NCBI RefSeq assembly: GCF_006345805.1
Contig: NC_042999.1
Coordinates: 139,066,001 to 139,130,000 of the forward strand
DNA: 64,000 nucleotides
From: Octopus sinensis
Lineage: Eukaryota
Reading direction: 5' to 3'
Part shown: in pieces, positions 38,990 through 52,427 of the stretch
Numbering within the stretch: the first letter of the stretch is position 1
Layout of the letters: every line of letters begins with the position of its first letter
Position numbers and translations under genes: made by a program
Notes under the pieces: generated by a model
What the model saw: the letters and a program-made list of their open reading frames with translations, nothing else
The model's database searches: none
Told to the model about the DNA's origin: nothing

Positions 38990-39209
38990 TATATGTATGT
39001 GTATATACTTGTGTGTCTGTGTTTGTCCCCCCAAACAACCGATGCTGGTGTGTTTACGTCCCCGTAACTTAGCGGTTCGGCAAAAACAGACCGATAGACT
39101 AAGTACTAGGCTTACAAAAAATAAGTCCTGGAGTCGATTTGCTCGACTAAAGGCGGTGCTTCAGCATGGCCGCAGTCAAATGACTGAAACAAGTAAAAGA
39201 TTAAAAGAT
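38800..39209 (+). mobile_element. SINE family A, near full length
   Basis: Same structure as 37654-38058. Confidence 0.88.
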
Positions 39210-39367
39210 CATATCGTTTGCTCTTTTTCCTTTGCAGTTCACCTCTTTTCTCTCTCTTGCTTCTTCTTTCTATCCCCCCCACCATGTTGACTTTCTTATT
39301 AGACCAAAAAGTAAGGAATTGTTTTTCATTACTCTTTATACTGGACTATCAACCCCAACTCTCTCTT

Positions 39368-39401
<34 letters not shown>

Positions 39402-39559
39402 TTCGTTCTTCCTTCCCCTCTCTTTTTCCACCTTCAACTATTCGTATCGAAATTGCCAAGCCCCAACAATATTGAACTTAGGGTAAATCGTAACTACTGC
39501 AAAGACCAATAAAACTCCGAATGAAATAACTTTACATAGATATAATATCCTTCTATGCA

Positions 39560-40836
39560 TACGAGGGTGAGCTGAAAAATTCATATGCTGATTATGAAGG
39601 AGTGGTGCTACAGCTGTGAAATCTTGCACGCATTAATTTCTGTCCTTATTAATAATTGCTTTGTTTCTTTTCAGGTAAATTGACACCTGACTGTTCTAAG
39701 AAGATTTCAAAAGCAACTTCTTTTGAAAAAGGAACAAAATTTGGCATCAAGGGGTTAGCAGTACCTGCAGGAAAAGGGTTTAGTTCCGAATGACATTCAT
39801 GCTGACATGGTCGCTACTTAATGGAATGAAACTCCAGCTTCATCAACATTGTAAAAGCCTGAATTTAGGCAACTGAATTTAGGAGGAGAAGGAGTAACCT
39901 TGCAGGTGACCCATCGTCTGAACGTCCAGCAACTGTCACCACCGAGGAAAACGTTTATCGCGTTCGCTACATGGTGATCGATGACAGGGAATTGACTGTA
40001 AATCAAATAGACAATGCTATTAGCATATCTCATGAAAGAGTTGAGAATATATTCTGCACAATGAATTTGTATGACAAAGGTTTCTGCTCGGTGGGTGCCA
40101 TATCTGACACCTGATCAAAAGCATACCAGGCTGATCATAACACGAGAAAATCTGACATTGTTTGAGGCAGATCCAGCTGGTTTCCTTCAACGTTTCCTAT
40201 CCCAGGATGAGTGTTGGGTTCATCACTTTGAGCCGGAGACAAGGAGACAATTTATGCTGTGGAAACACCCCCTTCTCGCCTGCTCCAAAGAAGGTCAAGG
40301 TGATTTCATGTGCAGAGAAGGTGATGGCCTCAGTTTGTTGCGATACAAAAGGAATTGTGTTTATTGACTATCATCAAAATGACCCCACCATCAATGCCAA
40401 CTTGCTGAGACAGTTACGAAAGGCTGTCAAGACCAAACCGTCAGGAAAACTAACAAAAGTGGTCTTTTTTCATCGAGACAATGCCCCGGCACAAAAATCC
40501 TTGCTTTCAAAGGCTGTTGTGTGTGACTGTGGCTTTGAACTAGATGATTACCCTTCCTATTAACCCAATTTTGGCCCCATCTGACTATCATCTGTTACCC
40601 AACATGAAAAACACTTGGCTGAGAACCAGTACCGCAACGATGATGACGTCATATCAGCATTTGACATTATAAAGCAACAGAATGAAAGCTTCTTCAGCAA
40701 TGGAATCCAAGCACTGTAACACTGATGGAAGAAGTGTGTGGACCGCAAGGGAGACTACGTTGAAAAATAAATCTTATTTGGTCACATTCCATGAGAATAT
40801 CTTAGTCAGCTCACAAATATTTCAACTGACCCCATA
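39560..40836 (+). mobile_element. Full-span degenerate mariner (DD34D-type)
   Basis: TA-flanked degenerate TIRs. Encodes ARWVPYLTPDQK, DECWVHHFEPET, HRDNAPA, LAPSDYHL and CVDRKGDYVEK*. Confidence 0.88.
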
Positions 40837-41749
40837 CATTCATACGTATAGCTAAAAATATATTTATATCTACTTACATCAGTGTATATATATATTTCTA
40901 TATAAGTATGATATTCCGGTTTGATCTCATTACATTACTTCTTATTGCCTGAAGTTGACATCTATTACCTGAAGGTGACATACTTTGTGTGTGAAACGGA
41001 ACCTTTGAAATATAGGTGCAGTCCTTCAGATTGGCTTCTACTGAATTTCCGTGTACCCAGATACATTCACAAGTTTGTGTTGACCCATAACAATGTCGAA
41101 GCTAAACGATCGCGAAAAATGTTACTTAAATATCGAACCAGCCCTGCAACTATATCTACACACCCTCGTAAACGGATGCAAATATATATATATGTACATA
41201 CATAAAAACATACCCACTCCCACGTTTACACAATGAAGCGCATAGCTATACTTACATTATATAGATTGTGACTGACTATGAAACTTGTTCGTAATAGAAG
41301 TAGTTACATTAGTTGACCTAAACAAGTTAACCAGTGGTTCATGTCATAGGAAGTAAGTAGTTTTACTTGCGTCACCGATGAGGTAAGACTTAATAAATTA
41401 ATTCTTATCGAAATTACTACTATGTCCAAATACTTGAATGTATGCTAAGAGATTGTCATAGTCCGTTTGCCTTCGGACGGTTGATTTCTGTTGTTATTAT
41501 CAGTGTATTTTGGCGATTTAAATAAGAGTTTTAACTGTTATTTCCAGTAGACATACTTAGTATGTCTTTGATCAATTATATATATATATATAAACATAAG
41601 ATCCAAGGATAGAGGTGTAGGAAGAAAGTAAGCTTCAAGCAATCCGTAGAAAATATAAAAACAACAATAGTGGTTTATAGGGGTGGAAGGTAGTGAATTT
41701 TTCCGTATTTCACGATTGGCAGCCGGGATTGCCAGGTACGCAAATAAAA

Positions 41750-41934
41750 ATCCAAGAGTTGAGGAATGAAGTAGATAAGATCCGGGCTACATATGTTTCA
41801 TAACGAGCAGAACCTCGGAAATGGTTATTATCCAAGTGAGATGCTCTGCGCTTGGATATTTACCACTTCTGAGGTTCCACTCGCTATGAAACATATATAG
41901 CCGGAATTTATCTATTCCATTCCTTAACTCTTGG

Positions 41935-41936
<2 letters not shown>
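41750..41936. repeat. Imperfect inverted repeat (~86-bp arms, ~14-nt loop)
   Basis: TCCAAGAGTTGAGGAATG...TATCCAAG pairs with CTTGGATA...CATTCCTTAACTCTTGGA. A single-arm relative lies at ~51050-51125. Confidence 0.85.
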
Positions 41937-42030
<94 letters not shown>

Positions 42031-42031
<1 letters not shown>

Positions 42032-42235
42032 TTTTACTCTTTTACTAGTTTCAGTCATTTGACTGTGACCATGCTGGAGCACCGCCTTTAGTCAAGCAAA
42101 TCGACACCAGGACTTATTCCTTTTAAGCCTAGTACTTATTCTATCGTTTTTTTTTTGCCGAACCGCTAGATGACGGACACGTAAACACACCAGCATCGGT
42201 TGTCAAGCGATGTTGGGGGGACAAACACAGACAAA

Positions 42236-42302
<67 letters not shown>

Positions 42303-42470
42303 CACACACACACACACATATACGACGGGCTTCTTTCAGATTCCGTCTACCAAATCCACTCACAAGGCCTTGATCGGCCCGAGACACTTGCCCAAGGAGC
42401 CACGCAGTGGGACTAAACCCGGAACCATGTGGTTCGTAAGCAAGCTACTTACCACACAGCCACTCATACG
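42031..42470 (-). mobile_element. SINE family A
   Basis: Reverse complement of the family A head, body and tail, with internal (CA)n. Confidence 0.85.
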
Positions 42471-42474
42471 CCTT

Positions 42475-42508
42475 TACACACACACACACACACACAACAC
42501 ACACACAC

Positions 42509-42584
<76 letters not shown>

Positions 42585-42960
42585 TATATATATACACACA
42601 CACACACACCTCCATATACATACATACACACATACATACATACACACATACATACATACATACATACACACATACATACGTACGTACATATATACATACA
42701 TACACACATACATATATACATGCATACATACATACATGCATACATGTATACATACATACATACATACATACATACATACATACATAAATACACACACACA
42801 CATGTGTGAGAGAGAGAAGAGAGAAAAAGAGTGAGATAGATAGATGAGACATGTACATGTATATGTGTGTGTATGTATTCATGTGTGTATGGTTGTGTAC
42901 ACATACACGTATACATGCTGGCATACACATATATTTACACACGCACACACATGCACACAC
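42475..42960. repeat. Compound CA/TA/TACA microsatellite field
   Basis: Directly visible. Confidence 0.95.
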
Positions 42961-43061
42961 ATCTACTAATAGTCTTTTATTTATTTGATTTAGTCATTGT
43001 ATTGTGGTTATGCTGGGGTTCTGTCTTAAATTGTTTAATCAAGTAGATCAATACGCTCGTG

Positions 43062-43096
<35 letters not shown>

Positions 43097-44084
43097 ACAT
43101 AACACACACATGGTAAAACTTTCATTATTTAGTGAAATCAATTCGATGAAAATGGTAGAGTGAAGTTGCTGTGAGGAGTGGAAAAACCAATGTTTTGGAC
43201 AGAAACAGGAGTTGCAATCAGTGGGCTTGTCATTAACGGAGGTGGACAGATAGATACTCTTTATGGTGATGAAGATATTGAAAAACTCAACAGAATTATA
43301 ATATATGGTGGAGGTAAATTCCAAGGAAAGACGACAATGGTTGTGTCATCCTCATATTCTCAATGTTACTACTGTACTGTATACCTCTGGGATGGATCCA
43401 ATGAATAGGGAAAATATTTGCTCTTCCATGTGGCCCACAAAATTGGATTGCAATTATAATTAGAACCAAAGTAATAATATTGGTTTCAAATTTTGACACA
43501 GGGCCAGCAATTTTAGAGGAGAGGTAAGTCAGTTACATCAATTCCAGTATTCAACTGATACTTATTTTTTCTAGCCCGAAGGGATAAAAGGCAAAATTGA
43601 CCTTGATGGAATAACCAGAATAATAGCATTAATAATGAAAATGAAGTTAAATGTGTTAGACCAAGCAGTGAGGGAGGGAACTGGCAAAGAAGGGTACCAG
43701 CAGTTGTATATTTTGTTACTTGCCTTATTGTGTTGGCCCGAAGGGAGTGTCTAGCAAGCTTCCAGTGTTGGTGAGTGTATGCTGTGATTAGGTTTAAAAT
43801 AAACTTGCTAATGGCTAGGTTATTAGTGACTAAACTGGCAAGCTCACTAAGCATGTTTGGTGAGGAAGGTGATAGTTGGACACCCTGCATGATGAAAAAC
43901 AAGGGTGGATGAGCTAATAGGAACCAATGGCAAACCACCAGTTAGGAAGGCAGATGTGGGCTCTCTGAGCCTTGGTTGGCAACCCAACTAGTGATGGTGT
44001 CATGATAAAAATACTAGTTATTGCACATCCTTATAGATGCTAACTCAAAATGAGTGAAGTAATATTCAAGTATTAATCCTTTCT

Positions 44085-44290
44085 ACTACAGGCACAAGAC
44101 CTGAAATATTTGGGGAGGGGACTAGTTGATTACATCGAACCCAGTGTTCACTGGTTTTTAATTTGTCGACTCCAAAAGGATGAAAAGCAAAGTCAACTTC
44201 AACAGAATTTGATCTTGGAATCTAGAGATGGATGAAATTCCCCTAAGTATATTGCCTGGTGTGCTAACAATTCTGCCAGATCACTGCCTT
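44085..44290 (-). mobile_element. SINE family B, CpG-decayed
   Basis: Family B core with most CpGs converted to TpG/CpA. Confidence 0.75.
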
Positions 44291-44599
44291 TAATATCTAA
44301 GTAATGATAATAACTGCATTATCAAGACCAGATCTTATTAGGGAAGGTGTTGCACCCAGCAAGCAATGAACATTTGATCAAGCTCCAGCAGGTCATTGCC
44401 AAGCCATTGATAAGGATCAGGGTCAGAATTATATTCAAAAGCAGTGGTAGAAAAATAAAATGGGAAGAGGTAGACAAGATTGTGACTGAAAGTTAGCTGA
44501 GAAAATGAGCCAAATAAAAGTGGCTTCATGAAACAAATAAAGAAAATATGAAAATAAAGAGAGATGAAATGTGAAATTTTGAAGCAAGAGTAATTCATA

Positions 44600-45190
44600 T
44601 AAATGATTGGATTACAAGATTAGTGGTAGAAGAAATTCAGAGAAGAATAAAAAATGAACAGGATGAGCTTGAAACAGCAGTAGCAGAAAGTGGTGAAGAA
44701 TGGGCAAGAGATAAAGAAAATGAATAAAAAAGAAATCACTATGTGTCTGAGAATGCTGATAAAGTAAATATTAGAGGGGATTTAGTAGGACAAGTCATAA
44801 TAAATATTAAACAAGATTTCAATGATGAAGAGAAGAAGATTTTCTAAATGCTGTGAGATAAAATGCTTGGTGTGAACAATGAAATGCCACCAAATGTAAG
44901 GTGTATGGACAAAAGTCAAGTAAGGAGAGCCATAGGTAAAGTAAACAGTGCTTTGTGCTTGGTTAAAACAAAGAACATTAGTGAAACAAATCAGTTTATC
45001 ATAGCTGCTGCTAATGTTGTAGCTGACATAATAAGATGCATGTGGAAGATTATTGGAGAAAAGAAGGGGAAGGAAGTGAAAGAACCAAATTTGAAGAAGA
45101 GAATATAAATGAAGTTGGAAAAGACAGAAAAAACTGGGGCAATTAATAGGATAATGAGAAGAGAACTCAAGAATGAGGTAGTAAACAGAA
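44600..45190 (+). mobile_element. Probable R4/Dong-like LINE fragment (pre-RT region)
   Basis: KVNSALCLVKTKNISETNQFIIAAANVV resembles the NITETNxLIYAxA segment of RLE LINEs. Confidence 0.45.
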
Positions 45191-45199
45191 TACCATCAT

Positions 45200-45790
45200 T
45201 CTTTGATGAGCCTAGATTTGCTGTATTTTCTGACAGTGGTTGAGTATGGGTCTGGAAACTCTGTAATCAAGAATTTGACATAAAAAAAATTGCTGCCAAC
45301 AATGAAACAAGGCAGTTATTCTGTGATGGTCTGGGGAGCAATTTGGAGCAATAGCCAATCAGAACTGGTGGAGTGTGATGGAAACATAAACTCAGATAAA
45401 TGTGTGTCCATATTGCAGAAAGGACTCCTTCCAATCTTCTTCAGTGGTGAAATGATTAAGAAGATGCTTTATTTATGTCAGACGGCTAAAAAGACCCAAG
45501 ATTTGTTGGAAAAGTATGGCATTTAAAAAAACTTCCATGGCCAAGCCAGTCACCAGATATGAACCCTATTGAACACCTCTGGGGCATGATGGACAGGGCA
45601 CTTCATAAAAAGAATAAAAAAGCATGCTCAAAGCCAGATCTTTTGAGATTACTGTATGAAACTTGGCAAGAAATTCCCCAAGAGAACATTCCTGATCTGA
45701 TCAGTAGCATGCCTTACAGGACCCTTGTATTGAAAAATGCAAGGGGTATGTCTACTAAATATTAGATATTCACATTAAAATAATTAATAA
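45200..45790 (+). mobile_element. Tc1-like (DD34E) transposase fragment
   Basis: FSDSG, SVMVWGAI, WPSQSPDMNPIEHLW, LISSMPYR and the C-terminal GMSTKY*. Confidence 0.85.
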
Positions 45791-45849
45791 ATAATTTGAA
45801 TGTATAATATCTGTCATAAATTAATATTCTTATATTCACAGATCATCAG

Positions 45850-45934
45850 ATGAAGTGGTGTCTCTGTCAATCTAATTGTATCAATCTGATCTTATTGGTA
45901 ATTGCTGCTTTAACTTTACCTGGATATGCTGAAT
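45850..45934 (+). CDS. SRCR-MAM protein, coding exon 1 (signal peptide)
   Basis: Acceptor ttcacAG at 45841. ATG at 45850 gives MKWCLCQSNCINLILLVIAALTLPGYAE. Donor GTAAGT at 45935, phase 1, compatible with the next exon. Confidence 0.7.
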
Positions 45935-46259
45935 GTAAGTAAACGTAGATCTAAACTATCTCATTCTAAACAGAAAGAAAGCATGTTTGTTTATAATTGT
46001 AACAAGTCAGTGATGGACCTTGGCATGTTGTGAAAATGTCCGCATTCAGCCACATGGCATTATAGAAGAGAATAGATGTTATTTAGTGCATAATTAACCA
46101 ATGGATTTTTGAATTAGTCATTAACATATATTGTCATAGTATTATTTATATATATTGAGTAATTGCTTGCGAAACTCACTACACTTAGTGACTACACACA
46201 CACACATATATATATATTGTTGCCTAAATGACACAACAATGAAAATAACATTGACATCT

Positions 46260-46526
46260 CATTTTAAGAGATATATTTACCAAAATTGCAAAAAAATATC
46301 TTGAAATACTAAAGAGTAAATTTATTCAATAAAATCACCATTGGCTTCAACCATGGCCTCCTGGTGATTTCGGAATTTCCTGCAACTCTTCTGGATGATC
46401 TCCTTGTTTAAGTTGGTTCATGCTGCCATAATCCTTGTCTTCAATTCATCTTTGGTGTTACAAGGTATTTTGTTGGTCTCTTGCTCAACTGCACCCCACA
46501 CATAATAACCAAGAGGGCTGCACTCT
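46260..46526 (-). mobile_element. Fragment of the same maT-like element as 21924-22760
   Basis: Reverse complement matches ~22460-22680. Confidence 0.7.
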
Positions 46527-46960
46527 ATTAACAGTTCAACAGCACTTTTCTCAAGGTAAAACAATAGTTTTTCTGTGAGTGACAGCAGTTACATTTGCCA
46601 GATGCCTTCGCTAAGCAGAATAATGTACTTGCCACTTGACCCTTCTAACCTCTTCTAGGCCACCAAAAGCTAGAATAGAGAAAGCAAATCTATTGTTCTC
46701 AACAATATGTCTATCCTTCTAGCTGGTTTTGCATTATTGTAAATACTAGAATTTGGTAAGGCAAAATTAGTTAGTGAATAAAGACCAACTAGAGTAATGG
46801 CCACAAGCAGGCAGCCACTAAAGACAAACGGCCAGAGGAAGAATAAGGTTATAATCAGCCAACTATGAGACACAACGTCCTTCGACTCTATAACTTTCAC
46901 TAACTCAATTTCTTTTCTCTTACATCATTCTATCACTATTGATAGTTTACTACAATGAGA
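46527..46960 (+). mobile_element. LTR-like dispersed repeat, copy 3
   Basis: Aligns with 15950-16364 in the opposite orientation. Confidence 0.5.
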
Positions 46961-47195
46961 ATGTGTACACACGTACCGGCCGAAATTAACCCTTTTAATC
47001 TTGCATGCTTTTCTATTTACTAATTATACATACCAAGCTGTCGTGGTTTTGGATATATACAAAGTAACGGTAAATAAATATTTCTTTCTAACTTCAATCA
47101 TTGTTCCTCTTCCATCTTACAAATGGCAAACAACGAATACCATTGCCGTTACACACCCAAGTATGTGTTTTGCTTATTCTACTCTTCTTTTGAAG

Positions 47196-47325
47196 ATGAT
47201 GGAGACATTACTTCGGAATCTTCCGGTTTAGTTAAAGTGTTTCACAATGGTAAATGGGGATCCATTTGCGAAGGAAACACTTCTCATGTGGAGGCGAAAG
47301 TGATATGTCGGAGCTTAGGCCGCAA
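47196..47325 (+). CDS. SRCR-MAM protein, exon 2 (SRCR first half)
   Basis: Pyrimidine tract and AG at 47195. Encodes DGDITSESSGLVKVFHNGKWGSICEG...EAKVICRSLG. Donor GTAAGT at 47326, phase 2. Confidence 0.88.
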
Positions 47326-47689
47326 GTAAGTAAAACAATTTTTTTTTTAAGCAGAATATGTAAAATAGGTGCGTTTATCTAGTACTGAAAGTATGACAAT
47401 TGGTGTGTTTTTATCATTCTGTAAAAGATATGGCTAAATAGTTCTAATTACAATTTATAAATTTGATCCCACAGTGTGGAAACTTTGGAAATTTCTTCTA
47501 CCTTCATCAGATTGCAGACGATGGCTTATCTGGCCAAAACTTTGAAGTTACTGTCAACAATATCCTTGTTAAAGAATAAATTTGCACTCTACTGAAGTAT
47601 AGAGTAACTCCTCAGATTATTTTTATTAAATAATAAAAATAACTCCTCAGATTATTTATTATAACTGTACATAAAAACAAACATTAACA

Positions 47690-49050
47690 TACAGACAGGG
47701 TGGGGCAGAAAGAACAAACGCTTTTGAAATGGCTGTTACTCAGCCCCAGGAGGAGGGACATTTGTCTGACTGATACAATTCGGTCCCTGGCATCTTAGCA
47801 TCGTTCTTTTGTTCAGATGGCACTGTGGACTACACCGCTTCGCATGTTTACCTTCAACAGTTATGTGAAGAATAATGAGTCATAGCAGTTCAGCGAGTTT
47901 CGGCACCATTTCCAACAGTCACCGAAATCAAGCTGTTTCCACTCATAACACAATCTTACGTTGGGTGAATGCACTTCATATACAAGGTACGCTAATGAAT
48001 AGGAGATTGGCGGGGGCGCCACGAATGGTATGGTCCCCGGAAAATGTGGAATGTTTCAGACATTCCAGGTGCAGAGTCTGGAGAAAAGTCTTCAGAAAAG
48101 TATGGAGGAGGCTAAATTTATGATACGGAGTCTGAATCGCTCTGCTCGGAGGCATTCCATTGAATTTGGCATCGGTAGTCGATCGGTAAGATGTATTTTG
48201 CATGACAACCTCCATTTCCACTCGTACAACAGTTGAAACCATGGGACTATGCACAGTGGTTTAATTTTGCATGTCAGATAGAAGCGATTTTTGAGGCATA
48301 TGACAACCTCATTTTGTTAATGAGTGATGAAGCTCATTTTCATCTCAATGGCATGGTGAATCAACAGAACTTTCGTTATTGGGCTCTTGAAATCCGAGAG
48401 AACTGCATGAAAGGCCACTGCACAGCCCGAAAGTGACAGTCTGGTGTGCTGTGGGAGAGGCTGCTGTCATTGGGCCTTAATTTTTTTAAAGATAATAATG
48501 GAAATGCTGTTACTGAACTCTGAGCGTTACATAGAGATGATAAACAACTTCTTTGTACTTGAATAACGAAGAAAACGCATGCCTATTCAATGTGTGTGGT
48601 TTCAGCAGGATGGGCCCACACAGCTAGAGTATCAAGGAACATTCTTCGCTCTCTCTTCGGGACCGCCTCATTGCCAGGTTTGCTGACATTCCTTGGCCCC
48701 CTCAGTCCCCTGATTTGTCCATGTGTGATTATTTCTTGTGGGTAAACCTCAAGGCACGTGTATATACGCATAAGGCCCGTACATTGGACGATTTGAATGA
48801 AGCTATTCACATGGAAGTTATTCAAATCGACAGAGCAGTGCAGGAGAGAGTGGAGGCCAGCTTCCAAGAACGCCTTCAGAAATGCATCAATGAAAATGGA
48901 CACCACATGATGGATGTTGTTTTCCACACTTAATTTTGATAAATGCTAATTCAATACGAACACATTAATGTCAATAAAATTTGTTTGCAGCTAAAAGTAA
49001 TGATTTTGCGAGTTTTTCAAAAACATCCGTCCTCACTGCTCCACTCTGTA
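47690..49050 (+). mobile_element. Degenerate Tc1/mariner (rosa/DD41D-like) element in intron 2
   Basis: TACAG...CTGTA ends. Encodes MSDEAHFHLNGMVNQQNFRYW, WFQQDG, WPPQSPDLSMCDYFLW and FQERLQKCINENGHH. Confidence 0.82.
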
Positions 49051-49399
49051 TATATATACATTTATACGTATGTATATGTATATATATGTGTGTGTGTGCA
49101 TGTATATACAAAAATTAAGTTCTATTGCAATTAATAAAGAAACCTGGGGCATTGCAAAAAATTCTGAGTGTGTGAGATAAAGTTCAATACCTGTATGAAA
49201 CAAGACAAATTATGATTACATGGCTCAGTCATCAGTGATATCTGTAATCAAATTCATACTAACTTCAAAATTTTCTCATTTAAACCTTAGAATCTTTGCA
49301 AATTTCTGAAATATTTGTTTATGAAAACAGTATATATTTAGTATATGGTGTCTTGGTTGAATGTTGGTGATACAAAGTTGGGAAAATTTCAGAAAAAAT

Positions 49400-50100
49400 G
49401 AAAGGTAGTATTAGTCGCATAAAAGTGAGCTTACAGCTGTAACAGCAGGTTGGTCATTAGTGTATAGGAAAGAGAGAACGGAGGACAAAAAAGAACTCTG
49501 GGTATAGCAGAGTTGATAATGTGTTGGGTAGAAAGAGCTGTGATTACGTCATCTGATGAAAAGTTACTGATCCCAAAGATGAATCCATATATGGCAGTTT
49601 TGATAGGATTAAGAGTGAAGCACATATGCAGCTAAAGTTAGCATAAAATTGGTGAAGCTTCTCACTCTCAATCAGTCAGCTTGAAATATCATAGGGTCTG
49701 GGGGTAAAGGCATGGTATAGCATGTGGCAATATGTTGGGTTGTTGCGATCAGTTAGTGGTTGGATGACCTGATAGGTGCAGAAAGAGTCTGGAGAAAAGT
49801 CTGCAGAAAAGTTCGGAGGAGGCTAAATTTAGAATTGGGGTGTCTATCATGGATGTGTGATTAAGGATTACAACTTCAGTACTGGTAATATCAGTGTATG
49901 ATGAGTGTAAGAGTCACAAGGGGATGTTGGAATTGAAATCATTGAAGATGGTATTTATGGTAAGGGATATTATCAATGCAGGAGGATATATGAGCAAAAT
50001 GATGCTGGTGTTCAAGGACTTTTGAGAGTGGCAGAAAGAGCAGGTGTATTTGAAAGAGTGGAATAAGGAAGCTTTGAACCAAAGTAATAGGAAATTATTA
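49400..50100 (-). mobile_element. Decayed LINE APE-endonuclease relic
   Basis: Minus-strand traces such as IFNDFN; no ORF. Confidence 0.3.
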
Positions 50101-50211
50101 TTTTAATATCCAGCTAAGAGAGGAGAGTGACAGGGAGAAGAGAATCTTCATATGCACAGACACAGCTTTACATTCCTTGAGAAATACTGTATTGTCATAT
50201 TTACCTTTCAG

Positions 50212-50375
50212 ATATTTATCTCATGGAGGAATATCTTCATCTTTACCTGCCTACATGAGTTCAGTGACATGCAGGGGGGATGAAATGTCACTTGTAGATT
50301 GCTATAATGCCACTTTGTCAAGTTACTCATATTGCTCTTCATCCCCAAAGCTTTATGTCAGATGCAAGGAAAATC
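50212..50375 (+). CDS. SRCR-MAM protein, exon 3 (SRCR second half)
   Basis: Acceptor cctttcAG. Encodes YLSHGG...MSSVTCRGDEMSLVDC...YC...LYVRC. Donor GTGAGT at 50376, phase 1. Confidence 0.9.
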
Positions 50376-51849
50376 GTGAGTATAAATGTTTATATTTAAT
50401 TGCAATATCAAAGTGTATTATCATTCAAATAAACTTTTATCATATTTTGAAAATTACAAGAATTTGTGTATCAATGTCTTATCTCTAGTTCCTTCAGGGA
50501 TAATGGGATTAGTGACTGTTAACCCAACAAAACAGTCAACATCTATGCTACTGCTGATGTTCATGCTTACAAAAGCGAGTTAGACATACTTGCATTTGCT
50601 ACTTTTAAAAAATTAATTTGACATTGTCAGAGGAGAAGGGAGGTGCCCATGACCTTTAGTGACTGATTGGACTAAAAGGATCAATATTCACCCTGAATAG
50701 ATCAATATTTGCAAGAAACATATAGGTGAAGAAGAAAGTGGGAGTCTGATTCCAATGCTTGTGATAGGATGAATTTGGTTAGAGAACTATACACAACAGA
50801 TGATGTGTATGGGTGGTGTGTTAGACTGACCACCTATACCAATAAATAAAAAGTAATGGCAGCAATAATGAGAGAGTGTTAGATATATAATATTAAAAAC
50901 ACTATATAATTGGCATTAAAACTAAAAGTAAAATCCTACACAATTTCACTATGTCTCCAAGTGTATTGATATAGTGAAGAAGGACATAAAAATAAAAAAA
51001 CCTAATAACTTATATTTGTTGTCTATATATATATATGATGATGATGGTATGGAATGGAGTTGGTAAGATCTGGGCTACATATGTTTCATAGTGGGTGGAA
51101 CCTCAGAAGTGGTAAAAATCCAAGCAAGGTGTATACTTCCAGCTACTCTTTAGGCCAAGGATATATTGGCTGAATTAAAGGTTACATTGTTGCAAAGATG
51201 TACATGCTGATGCATGGAAGATTCAGTCAGAATGTGTAGTGAGCACAGTATGAGAAGAGTATAAAAATAAATATTAGAAATAGTATTAGAAGAAGGTGGG
51301 TAAAAAACGAAAATATAAGGGAGTAAGAGGAAGGAGGAATTTAAGCAAGAAGAGATTTGGAGATGTAGATTGGTTTGTTGGAGTAGGGTGAGTGAAAGGT
51401 TTTCTTGTTATGTGTGAGGGAAACACACAGGTTGGAGGCTAGCAGATAGCAATAATACAGTGAGAGAGGGTGGATGGGTGGAACACAGGTCGGGGACTAT
51501 CAGAGAGCCATGATACAGTGGCACAGGGCCAAGAGGACAGGATTGAGGAGTGGAAGGTAAGCATAGTGCATGAAGTGGAAATGTGAGGAAGAGAAGAGAT
51601 GTAGAGATGTAGTTTGGTTTGTTGTGGTAGTGCATTAAATGTTTTCTTGTTAAGTGTGGATTGGACATGCGATGCTTTTAGAACTCAGTTTCGTTGACGT
51701 GGGCAGGTTTTCTCCAGAACTTCATATTCCCAGATATCTCAGTCCATTGTCATTTCCTCTGTGAGGGCCAACATCTTAAGATAAGTCTTTACCACTTCAT
51801 ACCATGTCTTCCAGGATCTCCCTCTTCCGATATATACATATACGATAGA

Positions 51850-52095
51850 CTTCTTTCAATTCTGTGTGTGTTTGTGTGTGTGTGTGTGTGTATGTGCGTG
51901 TTTTTGTGTCCCACCACCACTTGACAACTGAGGTTGGTTTATTCATATCCCTATAACTCAGTGGTCTGACAAAAAGGCTTGATAGAATGAGCAGCAGGCT
52001 TAAAATAATAAGTACAAGGGTCAATTCCTTTGGTTAAAACCCTTCAAGGTGGTGCCCCAGAATGGACACAGTCCAACGAATGAAACATGTAAAAA
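51850..52095 (+). mobile_element. SINE family A 3' part, CpG-decayed
   Basis: ACTTGACAACTGA...GATAGAAT...GGTGCCCCAGAATGGACACAG. Confidence 0.7.
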
Positions 52096-52283
52096 ATATA
52101 GATAGTATCAGTACATGCTAGATTTTAGTACCAGTGCTATACTGGGGTTAAGTTAATAGGCTATACCTCTCATAAGAATAAATTGACCATTGACTAGACT
52201 AATGAAAACAATAAATATTTCCATACATTTCTTCATAAAAATGAGCTTATATTGTGTTACTTTTAATTTGTCTAACTTTTCAG

Positions 52284-52427
52284 CAACTGAGACATATTGC
52301 TCATTTGATAACGATATGTGTGGGATGGTTAGTGAAGGCACATTATATAAATGGAAACGTATTTATCCCAAGAAACATTCAAGACTGCCAGGATCTGAAA
52401 AGGATCACACAACCAAAAGTAGTAAAG
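52284..52427 (+). CDS. SRCR-MAM protein, exon 4 (MAM1 N-terminal part)
   Basis: Acceptor cttttcAG. Encodes TYCSFDNDMCG...KWKR...KDHTT. Donor GTAATT at 52428, phase 1. Confidence 0.9.

Noticed and set aside
43178-43408. 76-aa ORF upstream of the SRCR-MAM gene
   Set aside because: No recognisable domain and no convincing splice sites linking it in frame to the gene model.
47600-47662. Short tandem duplication AACTCCTCAGATTATTT
   Set aside because: Ordinary slippage-type duplication with no functional signature.
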